64,000 nucleotides of DNA, taken from assembly GCA_965637545.1 (NCBI GenBank), contig OZ281496.1:16306001-16370000 (forward strand), in the 5' to 3' direction. How positions within the stretch are numbered: position 1 is the stretch's first letter; each line of letters opens with the position of its first letter. A model generated the notes under the pieces. The model saw only the letters and a program-made list of their open reading frames with translations. It was not told the DNA's origin and made no database searches. Both the position numbers and the translations under genes were made by a program. This document shows, piece by piece, positions 63,525 through 64,000 of this stretch. The DNA comes from Phallusia mammillata. Its lineage: Eukaryota.

Positions 63525-64000
63525 TAACACATGTGCAAACTTTATGACTGTTCCCACAAAGTAAAATAATTATGAAAATTTCAAAGAAGCAATGGATTTT
63601 GCAATCCTGAAGTGCCCTGGATTTAGCGTTTCCTAAGTAAGTATCCTGTACCGTAGTATTTATTGTGGCTCTCCTTCCCTAAAGGGGACACTTTTTGATG
63701 TCACTCGATCTTTAGGTTGATCAACTGCACCAACACGTTGTACCCCCGCGTGTAAAGGTCAGTGTAAAATGAACACATTCTGTTTGTGCATGGACTATTT
63801 GGATGGTTTTTTCGTGTATAGGTTGTTTCGGTAACCGAACTGACGTAAACCTGGCAATTCGTTAAACTGCAAGTCGAAGCAAAGTCACGTATTTGGGCCT
63901 CGCTGTGCCAAACTCACCAGAGCTTCCACCTCTCTGATGATGGACCAACTGTTAATTGCGGCAGCTTGAGGAATAACCACAGCCGACACCGAGGAGCAAA
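63525..64000 (+). pseudogene. SGNH-like gene, copy 5 (runs off the window end)
   Basis: Inverted near-copy of 13380-13890; DFAILKCPG, IFRLINCTNTLYPRVK followed by a GT donor, VNLAIR, HLSDDG. Confidence 0.65.

Noticed and set aside
63360-63525. CRISPR-like repeat-spacer appearance
   Set aside because: The repeat core is only 14 bp in 3-4 copies, the spacers resemble each other, there are no cas genes, and the context is eukaryotic.

Overview
AT-rich eukaryotic (animal) DNA with short GT-AG introns, consistent with a marine invertebrate such as a tunicate; the species cannot be established from sequence alone. I can support no ordinary host gene, rRNA, intact tRNA or CRISPR array. The window is a dense, nested transposon graveyard containing two CR1/L2(Crack/Daphne)-type LINEs, an L1/Tx1 LINE, an RTE tail, a Penelope GIY-YIG remnant, a Gypsy pol fragment, a degraded Helitron, a Polinton-type protein-primed DNA polymerase fragment, an EnSpm/CACTA remnant, a pogo element with a PHD finger, many hAT pieces and MITEs, three Harbinger elements and a Kolobok element. 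Two complete LTR-bounded elements have resolvable TSDs: a young 1.75-kb non-autonomous element inside the Helitron, and a 12-kb Gypsy shell with a tRNA-Pro PBS that carries four nested DNA transposons. The feature least explained by known families is a repeated, intron-containing SGNH/GDSL-hydrolase gene present in five partial copies. Two of these copies appear only after removing insertions in silico. At 10-14 kb the SGNH gene is followed by a Ulp1-like cysteine protease and a PHD finger. All domain calls come from manual translation and motif recognition, not database searches.
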